From assembly GCF_046119375.1 (NCBI RefSeq), contig NW_027362773.1, positions 160,270,001 to 160,334,000 of the forward strand: a stretch of DNA of 64,000 bases. Direction: 5' to 3'. The position numbers and the translations under genes are program-made. Origin of the DNA: Phyllobates terribilis. Its lineage: Eukaryota. The notes beneath the pieces were generated by a model. It was not told the origin of the DNA. It ran no database searches and was given only the letters and a program-made list of their open reading frames with translations. Shown here one piece after another: positions 14,046 to 28,597 of the stretch. Within the stretch, counting starts at the first letter, position 1; every line of letters begins with the position of its first letter.

Positions 14046-14264
14046 TATATGATGGATGGGAATAACATGTTTTTTGGGGAATATTCCTTTGAAGGGATAA
14101 TACAGTGCTGATCACTTCCGCAAGCATGAGCAGATGCCAGGTCGCTGGTACAGCTCACCTCCTAAAGTAGAAGTGAGAGACACTGGATTACACTTTTAAG
14201 ATCTGCTGTGATCTGTTGCAAAGCAATCACATATTGGGTGACATCAAAAGTTCAACATGGTCCT

Positions 14265-14425
14265 GCTGGATGGCCATGGCCCTGCCCGATCGTCATGCTC
14301 CTCCTGGATGGCCATGGCCCTGCCCGATCGTCATGCTCCTCCTGGATGGCCATGGCCCTGCCCGATCGTCGTGCTCCTCCTGGATGGCCATGGCTCTGCC
14401 CGATCGTCGTGATTCTCCTGGATGG
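14265..14425. repeat. 38-bp minisatellite, ~4 copies
   Basis: Unit ctggatggccatggccctgcccgatcgtcatgctcctc. Confidence 0.85.
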
Positions 14426-14429
14426 CCAC

Positions 14430-14940
14430 ATCCCTGCCCCATTTTTCATGGTCATTTTGGACCACCGCAGCCTTCTTGAATTACCGTCAGCCACAGATCT
14501 TCCAGGCAATTCCTTCTGTACATGAGGTTCCAGTATCAAAATTACTCAAATGCACACCACAGGGGTCTTTCCTCCCTCGGAGCAGCAGCTGTCTATATGG
14601 ATGGTCCATTAGCAGAAGTTTTTTACCCAGTCCTGGATAGACCTTTATCAATACATCTTTGGGGTCCTTCCCTTGTCTTTTAGTAATAGTTGTTTGGTGT
14701 TGCAGACAACAACCAAGTATCAAGACTGATGCTACAAAATGTACCGAGTGGCTTCTAATTACCATGAAGGGCATAGCCCATGCTGGAGCACCTCCACCCT
14801 CTGAACAGCTCATTGGTAGCGCTGCTGGGAGGTACACACCAACTGGTCTGATATTGGGATAGACAAGTCCCAGATAATGTTTTCACGGGAAATAGGAGAA
14901 CTAACCAGATGTATCGCTTGGTGATAACTGCAAATTGCAC
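14430..14940 (-). pseudogene. Possible degraded hAT transposase C-terminal fragment
   Basis: Minus-strand CVPPSSATNELF resembles the hAT dimerisation motif xPxSSxxxERxFS. Frameshifted, and a single motif only. Confidence 0.25.
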
Positions 14941-15042
14941 TGGTCAGGGGGCCATTGTAATGAGGGTTTAGGCTTTATTCACACTTCCGATTTTCTCCTG
15001 CATCGTTTTTCAACGATAAAACATGTACCAGTAATAGTCTTA

Positions 15043-15230
15043 GGCCACGGCTCCACTATCAGTATTCGGTCAGTATTTTTTCTCAGGAGTGGGAGCCAAA
15101 ACCAGGTGAGAAACAGAGAAAAGGTATAATAGAAACAAGTCACCAATTCTGCATTTATCACCCACTCCTGGTTTTGGCTCCCACTCCTGAGAGAAAATAC
15201 TGACCGAATACTGATAATGGGGCCGTGGCC
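15043..15230. mobile_element. MITE with ~64-bp near-perfect TIRs
   Basis: ggccacggctccactatcagtattcggtcagtatt...aaaaccagg and its reverse complement at the right end. Flanks tta / taa. Confidence 0.88.
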
Positions 15231-17265
15231 TAAGGAGCAAAATTTCCAAATATGACATATACTACGGCTACCAATACAGAGTCCATACTGCTGCTCATCA
15301 TTGATCTGGGGATGTTCATACAGAGGGTTTTTTATGAGGATTTTGGAGCTGATTTCTGCACAAAAACCTCTGAATAATCTTTAAATTAGCTTCCTATTTT
15401 TAAATGGGAGATGCTTGAAAAAAAAAAAAATTGGGGAGATGAAAACTGCACCTTTTGGGGACTTTTTCCCATTGAGATCATTAAAGAGTATCTGAAGTGG
15501 TTCTTGATGCAGATTTTGGAGCTGAATCTGCTTTAGATGCAGAAAGAAATTCTTTTAAAATAGTACAATTTGGTGCAGAGCTGATCGTCTGTGGGTGCAG
15601 CCTGTACGGCCTCCGGATATAGGTGAAGTTTTAAGTGCTGCAAGTACAGGGGATTCATAAGCATTCATTAATTTGTCAGGTGCCTTCCGGGAGATGACTT
15701 TGAGCTTATATAACTGAATATTCAGATTCTGCTGCTCCCCAGGGGTACACTGCAAGAAACTGCTGAGGATGGCACAGATGGCTTCAAAAAGCTGAGCATG
15801 GCATCGTAAATCCCCCCTCAGAAGGAAAGCGTCTGCCTTTGAGCTGTAGTCTTGTTATTAGTCCCTCCGTGTAATGCTCTAGTTAGTGCGGATCATGAAA
15901 AGTGACCCTTAGGCGCCACTTAGCTTTAATTAGTGACTACAGACACCCCCTGCCCCCAAGTCTGCTCTGCCTAGCCTCTCAATCCTTCATCCTGATAAGA
16001 ACATCAGGAATCCCTTTTTTTTTTTACCAGTTTTTCATCACGTGGAGCAGATATGGGCGCCCTGTGGTTACTTTCTACCAGGGTGGTAGGTTTGCCAGTG
16101 CTTTCCCTGGAAATGGGTAGAGATGCAGTGACTTCCGGCTTTTGCTCCTTGCAGTGCCTTCTGTTCTTGGATGTCTCCTTGATGGGTGCCTCTATAGATG
16201 ATGGGTTGCAGGGGGTTGTGCTCTGCTGGACCTCTCTGTCTTCCTAATTTAGGGCAGTTTGGTTCGGCCTCCTCTGAGTGGGATATTGGGGAGATCATGT
16301 CAGCCCTAAAGGGAAAGAAAGGTAATAAAATCCTAGTTGGGCCGGCTAAGCAGGGCGGTCTGCCTCCTACAGACGCTGAGCTAAGACTGATTAGCTTCAT
16401 GCCTGCAGGAAGGGTATGGCTGGGTGGAGGAGTTAACAATCTTTATGTTTAACATCTACCTGCTAATGGTAGCACCATTGACCCTATGGTCATCTGTGTG
16501 AAGGATGAGAAAAAAGTGTGCTTAGGACATTAAGGCCATGTTCCCATGTAGTGTAAATGCTGCGGTTTTTTTTTCCATTGCATTTCTTTTTTTTTGTGCA
16601 AAAAAAAAAAAAAAATTGCTTCGCGCAAAGTGGACGTGATTTAGTGAAATCTCTTTGCTGCTGTGAACTGCGTTTAAAGATGCTTCTATGAGGAACCTGG
16701 AAACAAAATGCATGTAATAAACACAATTGCTTCTTAAAGAGAAGAATCCCAGCGTTTCTGCACTAAAATATGCATCAAAAAGGGAAAAATGCAGGTGTCG
16801 GCACCTGCAGAAAAAATGCAGAGTTGTTGCAGATGGGATTGTGGCCTCAAGGTTTTTCCAAAGTGACCATTTTTTCCCCAAATCCCCCAGTTATTATTAC
16901 TGCAAGACCTGATATCACTTTTGTTGTCTTTGGTCTGACAGGAAAAAAAAAAAAGGGCTTGCGGCCCCCATTGTAGTGATTTCTGGGGCCCCCAGACTTT
17001 TCTCTTGTGCCCTGTGGATAGGTGATAAAATACTGCTTGTGAGAAAATCTTTACCCCATGAGGACTTTGCTTGTTTTCCTTTCTCATCAACCAGAAAATT
17101 GGAATTTTTGGTGTTAGATTCTGTGAAATGATTAATCTTGCATGAAGTGACGGAGCCATGATGCCGCGCGGCACCGGTCAGACCCGACATCTCTCGTCGT
17201 CTTCTGCTTTTCTTCCTCACACACTATTAATCATTTATTCTCGTTTCTACAGGTCTCCAGACACA

Positions 17266-20200
17266 ATGGATTCCGACCTCAGCCCTCAGGACCGGAAGGA
17301 CTTGGACAAGTTTGTCAAATTCTTTGCATTAAAGGTAGAAAACGAAACAAAACAGGGGAGCTTTACGCTGATGAATGGCCCAGAATTTTGGGATAAAAAC
17401 CCCCAAAACCTGACGTTCCTTGCCCTACCTTTGTTTAGTGTTTGACACTTTTTTTTTTTGGTTGGTATAGTCTTGAAATATGGCTTCAAATAGGACGGCT
17501 TAACATTGTCCCAAATTTTTGTTGCAGAATAAGCCGACGATGGGTGATGTAACCTTGCATTTACACTAAACGATCGTGGCCATTAAATGCACATACATAC
17601 ATACATACGATTGTTGTGTGCACATAACATACCATAGTCCTCGGCAGCACATGCTGTTTACACAGAGTGATGTGCTGCTGAGATCGTTGGTCTTTAAACA
17701 AACTTAATAATTTCACCTGACAAGCATTTGGGTTGATCGTCGGGTGAGTGACAGCCTTGGGAGACTGCCCTTTTTTTTTTGTTTTTTTTTTACTTTACGT
17801 CCTTCACAGTGTTGGTTAATTAATTTGATGTTTTTAGAGATCAAACTTTTATGGACGTGGTAATATTACATGTGTTTGTTTTTTTTAATCCATTTTTGCA
17901 TTTGGGAGAAAGTGGGTGGATCAAACTTTTATGTGTTGTTTTTTTTTTTTTTAATTTGTGACTATTTTGTACCTTTTAGTTTGTAGTCTTCCCAGGGAAC
18001 TTGAACCTGCTATGCCATAGTGCAATACATCAATATATAGGGAAATTAATGATCTCGTTTGAAGCTTAACCACAGGCTGATAGTCGTACAAATACAATGA
18101 TGAAGGGTTAAAGGGGTTAAAGGTGTTGAAATAGATTTTCCTGGTCTCTCACAGATCCCCATGTGCACCACAATCATACAGATCCTCAAATCTATACAAT
18201 CTCCTCTGTTTTCCAGATCTCTTTGGATCTGATCGTAGATGGAAATGTTAATAAAAGTGAAAGGTTCTGTTCGCTGTGTAACATATAGTGGGAAATGTCA
18301 TCTTCACTTTTCTTGCTGCAGCGTTCATTAGCAATGTCTTCATTCACAGGCAGTGCAGGTCATCGTACAAGCCCGGCTTGGAGATAAGATTTGCACTCGT
18401 TCGTCTTCCTCTCCGACAGGTTCAGACTGGGTAAGTGCTTTTTTTTTTTTTTTTTTTTTTACTGCGGCGTCTCGTCACATACATATTTTATACGTGAATG
18501 TGCATTAACTGTCCTGATTTTTGCAGTTTAATTTGGCGATAAAAGACATCCCCGAGGTGACGCAAGAAGCCAAGAAAGCGCTTTCAGGCCAGCTGCCAGC
18601 CGTGGGGCGCTCCATGTGTGTGGAGATCTCCCTGAAGACCTCCGAGGTAGGAGACTAATGTGTATGAGGCACAAGGGACGGCTTCATCCAAGCGAAAATT
18701 AATAAAACTGAACATTCTCTTTTAGCCTTTTAATTGTTTTTACTGTCTGATGGCACATATTCAGTATATGTCATAGAGGTTCAGATCCCACTTACGGGAC
18801 CACCACTACATGTCTTATCAGATGGGAAAATCCTGCCCCCAAAATAAGTGCCAGATCAGGTGTTTGATATTTACAGGTATTTGTTTCTGAGATAAGAAAA
18901 TCCCTGTAATTATACCTCCAAATGTCTCATCTGACAGGTTTATACTAACAAGAAGTTTGGGGGAGCAAAGAAAAAAAAATTGCCCCTACTCTTATTCTTC
19001 TCTCCACTGTTACATAAAGGGGTGAGAACCCATCCATAGTATAGGTGATAACTTCTAGATAAGTGGGGAGTTAACCGCTGAGCCCCCCTGAGCTTCTGTC
19101 CTCTGCTTGAATGGAACGGAGGTCAAACATATAGAGAATGACCTGAGTGTCACTGCGGACCCTCAACCTCTGCTCCATTCATACAGGCCGCAATCTGTGG
19201 AGATCGGACCATCGGTGATCTGGAACCTATCACCTGTCCTGTGGACAGTTGATACCACCTTCTTACAGGAATACCCTTGAAAGTTTAGCTCACAAGAAAC
19301 CTCATAACCGAGCGCTTGCTACTGTGCATCCAGTAAAGCCAGAACCCGTCATCTGTACTAATCCTCCGTCCTGCTGAGGGTTTGTTGTAATGTACCGGCC
19401 TGAAGTCCTCGCTGTCTAGGGGACATGATAGTCCAGACTGGATGCAAACCCTCCCAGCAGTGCAGGGGTTCAGGCCTGTCCCCTTTCCGCGCTCACATCT
19501 GACTTTTATTTTGCAGGGAGACTCCATGGAGCTGGAAGTTTGGTGTCTGGAAATGAACGAAAAGTTAGTGTAAACCTTTTTAATTTTTCCTGTTCTTGAG
19601 AAGTGAGAAAATGTATTCCTCTACTAAAGAATTTGCTCCACTTATTTTTTTTATTTTATTTTATATACCAGAACCAGATCTTTATCATTTAGCTCAGTGT
19701 TTGTGCATGGGAAAAATAAAATTGCTCCTATTCCTGTGACGATGTGCAGTATTATTAGATATGACTAGTCCTCAGCAGATGGCTCAGTGAGACAATATCA
19801 TGTGTCATATCCTCACTGTATGTAGGGTTTATTTGCATCTATAGGGGGAGGTGATTGATTGCAGTATCGCGGTGAAGCAGATGTGCACAGATAAAATCAT
19901 TGAAGTAGAACGTTCTCATCGGGTACATAGACCAAGCACTAGCAGTAACCTTGTTTTTCTGTGATCTGTCTTGCTTTAATTTGCAAAATATATATTTCTT
20001 TTTTCTATCTTGGTTGTAGGTGTGACCGGGACATCAAAGTCTCCTATACTGTATATAATCGGCTGTCATTACTACTGAAGTCATTACTTGCAGTCACTCG
20101 GGTGACCCCCGCTTACAGGCTGTCCAGGAAGCAAGGACATGAATATGTCATTCTCTACAGGTCTGTACCTCACATCTATTACACTTTTTAGATTATTAGA

Positions 20201-23200
20201 CTTTTTTTTGAATGCTTGATAATATATTCTTCTTAGAGGTAACTTGTTAGTATGATTTTACCATTGGAAACTAGTTGGTATAGTTTGTATAGGTCCTAGT
20301 ACAACAATAAAAAGGATACCTGTCTAGTAATGATCCGTTGTGTCAGAGCTATAAAATCAAGATTTGAAGCCACATGCAAATTAGCCTGGAAGTGCATTGG
20401 GGGTGTGTCCATGTGATCAATGTATCACGCCCCTAATGCATTTCCAGACCACTTCTCAGCTGCAAATTTAGCTAGCAGCGACATCCATCTGGACCTCCCC
20501 GTCTATCCACCCAATGGCACTGTGTAGTTTTTCTTATATTTCAAGTGTTTAACATATTTTTCTTTTAATCCTTTTAGGATTTATTTTGGAGACGTTCAGC
20601 TCTTAGGACTTAAAGAAGGTAATCTATCCGCTGCTGTGTAGCTGTGGCAAGTGCCGACTTTCGAGCAGATCTGGTCAATCATTCCCTCTTTGTATGATTG
20701 CCCGTTTCATTCACAGTGAAGCTGGGTCACTTGTTTTAAAGGATTAATAAATACAAAATAGTCACTTGGGGGCAGATTCATTGTTATTGTCCCAAATTAG
20801 ACCAGACGCCAAATTTATCACACTGGCACTTCTCACCTCCTTATACCACCCCTTGGTTGGCTTACTTTGTGCTCATATCTTGTGCCAAAACTTTGGCTGC
20901 AGAAAGTGATGCTCCAGCTATTTTCCAAAATAAAATAGTAAGCTTTATTCTAACATCTTAAAATCGTGACATTCTCAGGTGTATCCAAAAAATATTTAAT
21001 CCTTTTTCCTACAATGCTTCAGACCATATCCAGGAAACTTTTGCCGCAGGATGGTGAAATTTTGAGCTACTCTCTATTTTACTGCAAAAAAATGATGAAG
21101 TTAAATGAGCAAGTTATGCAACGTACCTTTTGTGTGCATTTACACCGGCCGATTATCGTTTTTTAAAACGCTCGTTTCCTGATTATCGGGCAATATAAAT
21201 AAGCTGCCAATCACCTGACGATTAAACAACATTTAATTGGATGAAATTCTTCATCATCCGCTCACTTGGGTCTCAGCAGATCCTCGTCCGGTTTCTGTCC
21301 AGCACTAGACAGCGTTTCCTATAATGGCATGTGACTGGAGCTGTATGTAAAGGGGGCTGGCTGCTTATTTGGATAGCTAAGCCCCTTTTCTGTCTAGTTG
21401 TGATTTAGCTGTTTTCTATGATCATCCAAGGTATGTAATCATAAGCGCGATCATTCCTCATTTCTGTGTGCCTTTTGCAGGGTTTCAGGCAGTACGTGTC
21501 GGCACGGTGGGGACGCCCATAGGGACGCTCACTTTGACTTGTGCTTACAGAACCAATCTGGCCTTCATGTCCACTCGGTAAGCCTGAGCACCAAAGGTGT
21601 GGAGTTATCCAGAGGCATTATTCACAGATACACTTATAAACCAGCTCAGTGCACTGTCATACACCTCGATCACACTTTCATTATTCTGATTACTATACCA
21701 ATACCCCAATGAACACATCCTCTAGGACACCTAGGCCCAGCAGCTCAATAACATCAATGTGTTTGTTGCATTGCAGGCAGTATGAAAGGACCCAGCCCAT
21801 CATGGGGATTATTATTGATCATTTTGTTGACCGACCTTTCCCCAGCACCTCACACATGCATCCCTGCAACTACAGGTGAGGACACAGGCAGCATGCACAC
21901 ACCGTCCATAGCCACACAGGACATCAGCTCAGTCTCTGCAGATGACACACATCTTGTGAACACGCGATAACCATTAGGACATGTGTTGTGATTCACGCTA
22001 ACTTTCCTGAACTTTCATACTAACTTTCCTGAACTTTCATACTAACTTTCCTGATAGAGCCTTCAATTTGTCTCTACTGAAACATTCAAATGCCAGTCAT
22101 TTTTATTCGGATGGAAATATGTGCGTGTCTCTTTAAAATCGGGATCTCTGTTACTAGATTGACTTTTATCTTTGCCCTGCATAAATAAATGGAAGGTTTG
22201 TCCCTGATTGTGAGGTCTGCTCTGTTAATATACTTGTATCAAGGCTTCATCAGGGGTTCTATGTATTTTGGGAACCTGTCACAAAAGCTTGGCTTGGGAT
22301 TAGTTTACCAGCTTACGCCTACGGGCATCAGATCCAGTTTATATATAATATATTATACTCTTTTATATAGGCAAAAAATGTGATCAGATGCTCTCAGGAG
22401 AAAGCTGGTACACTAAACCCAAGATAGTATTCACACTCCCAGGTCCTTCATTCTAGTGAGATGGCTGCAGCTGCAATATTGAATGACTGATATCTGCACT
22501 GTTCTCTCCATTCACTTCTATGAGAGTTAGAAAACATGCCTGTTCCTAAGACTTCCATAGAAGTGAATGAGGGGAGCTCTGCCCATCCGCGGCCACCTCT
22601 TCATGCTCCAGCTGACAAGCATGTGACTGGGTATACAGGACCGATGACTTCAGGAGCCTGCACCGATCAGTCATATGAAGTATATCTCATCATAAATGGC
22701 TAAGACTGGTCAACCCCCTACCGAAGCTGCAGATCCATTCAATGATCTTCGTCTAGGTCCTCCATATCTTCTACCCTTCCGTATCTGCCCCCATGTTTGA
22801 GGCATCGCTGTCTTCGCACACGTCTTGTTGATAGGTGAAGCACTGTATACTGCTCTGTGATCATTCTTTTGCATGGGTTTTGTTTTAATATTTCCTTACA
22901 GGGCAACGGAGGAGCCAGGAGCTGTATACCCACATGTGGAGGATTCCCAGGATGTCTGTGCCACGTCCTTCTCTACCTCCCCCCCATCACAGGTAAGCAC
23001 ACGTTGCTCCGCACCACGGCCAGGTGCTCATTATACCATTGCATCACCCACAAAACAAAGGAGAAGACTTAATTTCACTGTGATAAATGGTGTCTTGTTA
23101 ATATGTATATTTATACAGGGAGGTGTTTTAAGCCAACGTGGAGAAGTGAATGTCCAACTTTCAGCATGATTTATCTAAATAGGTTCAAAATTCTGTTCTA

Positions 23201-26200
23201 AACTAATTTCTTAATATATCTTGGTTGTAGTCGGAGCTCAGTTTTCCTGATACAGAGCTCTAAATCCCCTGTATGGACATAGATTTAAAGGAGATGTCCA
23301 GGACTTTGATGATTGTTCGTCAATAGTAGACCAGTGGGGGTCTGACACTCGGCATCTCCACCGATAAACTGTTAACAGGGTCCTCGGTGGATGAGCTCCA
23401 TACATTGTGTTGTGGCCGTTCTCGGTACTGCCGCTCAGATCACATTCACTTTAATAGGAGATGAGCTGCAGTACCGAAGACGGCCACTACACAGTGCGCG
23501 AAGCTGTACTCTGTACACAGCACAGCTGATCAGTGAGGGGGGGGGGGTGCCTGGTGTCGGCCCCCCACCAATCTGATATTAACAACCTATCGTAAGGATT
23601 GGGTAGGATAGGTCATCAGTATATAAGTCGTGGACAACCCCTTTAAGGATGACATGCTGACTTCCAGCAGGCACCACTAGGGGCAGCTTACTGCATAATG
23701 TTTTATATATTGCACAATGTACAGGGAGCTCCCTCTATTGGTGGCTGCAGCAGCCAAAATGTTTATTAAAACTAAATATATGCAGGAGATTAGGAGCTCT
23801 GCATCAGAAAAATGGAGTGTCGAATGCAGTGAAGATGTATATAAAAAATAATCACCATGGGGTTTTGGACCTAAAAATGTTATGTTAAAAGGCAGGATCA
23901 TTAAAATGAAGCCTGATATCTGCAGTCCAGTCTCACCTGTCTGCTCTCTCTTTCTGTCTGTCTGTTTCTCTCTGGCTCATTGTGCATAGTGTGTGTTCAC
24001 GCTCAGTAAGGCACAGTGTCAGACAGCCACCCCTGTGGTCACGGACTCCCACAGGGTCCTGACGGTGGGACTGACGTTCCCTCACCAAGTGAGTCCCATA
24101 TAGGCATGTGTATTGTGTGAGCCTGTGTGTCAGTAACGGGCAGGAGGAAAAGGGGAAATAATAACCCGAGGTCGAGCTATATCAGAATAAAAAAGGGGTA
24201 AAAGTAATGACGACTGCCCATAGGGATGGAGATCTGGCCCCAGCACCAGTCACTAACATGAATGGGCCCATTGCACATTACCGAGCACATTGCTCCTTCA
24301 TCTCATATCTCACATTTACCTGCAGACGATCGATAAATCTGTTGCAGCAGGTCATGCATGCGTCTCGCCGCGCCATTCAAGTCTTTGACACTGACAAAGA
24401 TGGCCGATCACCCTGTTCAGTGTCATAGGCATGAACAACACGGGCACAAGTTGCCACAACGTTCAACTCCTCCTAAGTCTCCGACCCATTGCCATAACAA
24501 GGACACAAGTCCTATGTTCGGGGGATCTGTAGGGGGCTGGGGTGTAGGACCCGCGCCGATCTAACATCCCCCACTTCTGTTTCTGTAATTTGAGAGTCCT
24601 ACCCACAATCGCTGCCTATATCCGAGCTAATGGAGGGTGATAATTGCTTATTAATCTTGCTTTTCCTTTCTTCCGTTTCTTACCTTCTCTCGCTTTCCAG
24701 CTGTACAGCTCTCGCCTTTCTTACCAGCCAGCTGTCCTTGGAGCTGGATCCTCAGACCTGGGCTACCCTGTGGCCTTGGCGGCTGGAGCGAGTGCTGCCC
24801 TCCCTCATCAGGTACTCCTCCGCGCAGGAGGAGCGGGCGTAATGCACAGGAGTAGGACTTGTGGATGCTCGGCCTCGCAGGTTTATAGGGAGGATGGGAA
24901 TCCGATGGGGGTAACTGTATTAAATGGAGGCCAATACTCTTCGAAATCCAAATCTGGGGGATAATACATTTCTATGGGAACTTTGTATTGATTCTGGATT
25001 TGCGCTGCGGTTGGAAGCCGACAGATGTATCAACAGCCCAAGTGCAGAAAGATAAGTAGTAAGCTGGGTAGACTGGACCCGAGATGCTTTACTATCCTAA
25101 CGCCCCCCAGGGTCATGTGATTAATTAGTGGAATAACCATTCTCCTCCTATACAATCCCCGTGACTTTTCCCTGGCCATATAGAGAGGTGGCTTTTCACC
25201 TCTGTCACCGGCTACTTTCTGTCTGTCCCTGCTTGATGAGTAGATAGTGCAGATGTAGGGGTCTAGTAACCCTCTTTGGCCGATTCCCAGGGGTCCCCAT
25301 CCTCTATATACGTCAGTGGAGTGGTTCGCGGTTGTTCACTATGGTAAGAGCTGAGGATGTGACGCCAACGTCCTGGTATTTAACTCTGATGTTGATTCTC
25401 TTAATAGATGATGGTGCCGGGAAAGGACGGGGGGTTGCCCAATATTACGGCCCATCCTGCACACGGCACCCAAGCCGATCACGACAGAGCGCCTCTGACC
25501 TCTCCATCACACGTACCTGGCACCACCTCCAGCAGGTAGGTCCTCGGCCTGTATGTCCACTGGCCTTCCTACCCCAACGTGCCCGATTTCACATTAATTC
25601 TTCTACGCAGTGAGGAAGCCGACATCCCGTCCGGCAGCAGCACCGCGGGGAGGAGCGCCTCCCCAAATATCCTATTCACACGCAAAGTTGGGGCCTTCGT
25701 GGACAAACCTTCCCCTCAGGTGAGTGAGCGCAGTTTTAATAGATGGAGTATGTGCTGGTCTTAAAGGGTTTGTCCAGTATATGAATTTTTTTTTTCCAAA
25801 AGGAATCATCCCCTTTCAGCCGCCACGGCTCTAGTGCATGGGTTTCTTCCTTTACTTCCTAGCAACCTTAATATGCCTAAGCACATGACCTCTCTGAGCA
25901 GAGATTGGCTGCAGCGGTCAGGTGCCTAGACATCTTGTGATCGGCTGCCCGGAAGTAAACGAGACCAGCAGGGCCCAGGACAGCTGCTTAAAGGGGCGAG
26001 TATTAGTCATACAGACAATCCCTGTAGATCACACGCCGTCGCTGTAATGAGACATGAACTTCTTTGGTCTATTCGCAGGTCACGTACGCCAGCACAGATA
26101 TACCATTTGCTGTATTTGCACCCAGACAGACAGATGTAGAGGACACCGACCCCATGGTACGTCCGGATCACTGACCCGTGTCACTTAGTGCTACCAGTAT

Positions 26201-28597
26201 GTCACTTGATGAGGATGGGTGTACATGTTTTCTCCTGATGCAATAGGTGTTTCCGTTCCAGGTGGTCTGTCCTGAGACGCCGGTGGAGGTTTCGCCAGAT
26301 GCCCGCAGCCTGCTGAGCTCCTGCTCCAGCAACGACGTGCCCCAGGATGATTTCGTCATGGTGGACTTTGTAAGTGGCCCTTGCCTGACAAGCAAAAGTA
26401 AACCAATGCAAGTCATCCGTGAGTCCATATTCTTTTGTGGCTTCTTGTAACCGGCTCACATCTGTTATTACCTACTTCACTACTGGTTGATCTTGGCACC
26501 ACCATTCCGTACACTGCGCGCCCGCTGCCATGTGCTGCTCCTTGTATCTACTCCCTGCCGCACAGTAAATTATAATGTCAGATGAATATTTAATATTTCT
26601 TCCCGTACTGTGATATTAGTGACTTACCCTTAGGGCGCAGTCAGACGACCGTATAGATCGGACCATAGTGCACAGACTGTCCGGCAGACATATATTTCTA
26701 TGAAGCTGTCACGCTCGGGTTCGGAGACCCGCCGGCCAATCCGTGCATTGCGGTCTGATTTATACGGTCGTCTGACTGCGCCCTGAGGATAGGTCATCAC
26801 TGCCAGATCGGTGGGGGTCCGACAACCAATATCCCCACCCTCAGCAGCCAGATGTAGACAATATACAACTCCTTATACTGTGTAGCAGCCATGACACGGT
26901 GTGAGCAGCTGTGCTGTTCTGCCTGCTAACTGTGGGGCCGCTGGGTGTCGGACGCCAACCGATCTGATGTTGATGACATCCTAAGTTCTTATCTGTCATT
27001 AGAATAGTGGATATCTTGCAAATCACTGAAGGTCCGATCCGCTGGGATCCCATTGATTACTGGCTGTGTTGATCTTTGAATAGACCAATGACACTGTGCC
27101 GTCAATCATCTCACTACAATAGTGCACTTAGCACTCCCATACCAGTGATCGTTAGGGCCCAAGATATTTGTCCTCTGTCCAGTGGATCTACTGTAAGAAA
27201 TTTCATTTATGATAATGCAAATTCTTTGTTTTTTTGCAGCGACCGGCCTTTTCTAAAGATGATCTTCCAATGGACGTGGGGACCTTCTACCGCGAGTTTC
27301 AGAACCCCCCTCAGCTGAGCAGCCTCTCTATCGACATTGCCATCCAGTCCATGGCCGAAGACTTGGTGAGAAATGGTTTTATTAAGGTTATGCATGTTAG
27401 ATAGAGGACTGTTTCCTCCTGATACTCGGCTGTCAGAGTTGTCAGGATCTAATTTCTGGGCCGGCGGGGTCGCTCCCGAGTCTGAGGGCATCTCTTGCGC
27501 CCCGCACCGCAGCATCGAGGACACCCAGCGCAGACTTACCGATCGAAGGCACATTGTGAATCGGCTTTTATTAGTGTCATCACGTATCAGATGTAACTGC
27601 TGGTACAATTTATTGAGTGGTGTTCGTCTTACACGGTCCTTATCTCCACGATGATTTAACATATGGTGTTACTTTTACTATAGGGCAGACCTCACCAGCA
27701 ACTGATCACAAGCGATGCACAAGTAAGGCCCTGTTCCTACTCACGTTTTTACCCATGTAGGACATACATTGTCCCCATGGGCTTCTCTGAGACAGACGTA
27801 TGCCAAAAAATGTAAACTTAGAAGGTTACTAAAAAAGCAGAGGTGACTCCACATATGAGGGCACTTACACCGACCTGATCCGCCAACATGTCCACTATGT
27901 ACTGGTGGCAAATAGATTTCATCCCTGGAATCACACACCATTTTTGTTGTAGTTTATGTGTTGTTGTTTTTTTTTTTGAGCCTGTAGAGGCAAAAAAAAA
28001 TAAGAAAAGGACTATTGCGTTTCCATCTTGCGGGATCCACGTGTGGCTTTGGCGTAAATAATTGCATTAAACACTGCATGTGTCAGATTGCATCACGGAC
28101 AGAGTTGCAAATAAAAGTGGCGTAAAACGGACAGAACTGGCGCAGGCTGTGAATATTTTTTCGATAATCTATGTGAGAAATCGCTCGTGCACTTTCATTC
28201 AGAGCGATCATGGACTATAAACAGACTGGAAATACATCGGTGTGAATGCTGCCGTGTGCCGCAATCAGACATTTGCGACTTGGCAACGGCGTTACATGCA
28301 GCCATTTTACAAAGGGTTAATGTGAAGTTTTATTAGGCAAAAACATGAGGGGAGCTTAGCCTCGAAGGATTAGAAAGTAATCTGGGATCCACTAGAGCCA
28401 TCGTCCTCTTGTTTGCTTTGTTTGTTTTTTTTTTACATTAAAAAGGGGCATAAAATAAAAAATTGTCTACTAATCCCTTTGCCAGTCCCCTAAATCTCCC
28501 CTCTGTCTCCTCTCCATAGGATTCTCTGCCGGAAAAGTTGGCCATGCATGAAAAAAACATGGAGGAGTTTGATGCCTTCGTTGAATCCCTGCAGTAA
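17266..28597 (+). CDS. ATG13: Autophagy-related protein 13 (HORMA domain, LIR, C-terminal ULK1-binding region), ~545 aa
   Basis: Coding exons: 17266-17334, 18350-18430, 18527-18646, 19517-19563, 20020-20160, 20578-20618, 21481-21577, 21777-21875, 22902-22992, 23990-24088 (alternative), 24701-24811, 25408-25535, 25611-25719, 26079-26156, 26247(or 26262)-26369, 27240-27365, 28520-28597. All GT-AG, phases consistent, total 1638 nt. Reads [23 protein letters not shown]...DDFVMV (LIR)...[11 protein letters not shown]. Confidence 0.97.
23289..23642. mobile_element. T2-family (Kolobok-type) MITE
   Basis: TTAA at 23285-88 and 23643-46. Ends aggagatgtcca / tggacaacccct with internal palindromic segments. 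Confidence 0.8.
26633..26783. mobile_element. 151-bp MITE with perfect 23-bp TIRs
   Basis: gggcgcagtcagacgaccgtata / tatacggtcgtctgactgcgccc. Flanks tta / tga. Confidence 0.88.

Noticed and set aside
15900-16452. Non-repetitive segment with overlapping 60-120-aa ORFs and a possible exon 16031-16321
   Set aside because: No recognisable family. It could be an ATG13 5' UTR exon or an old TE, but this cannot be supported from sequence.
17150-17220. Intronic C/D snoRNA candidate
   Set aside because: No proper RUGAUGA/CUGA pair with a terminal stem.
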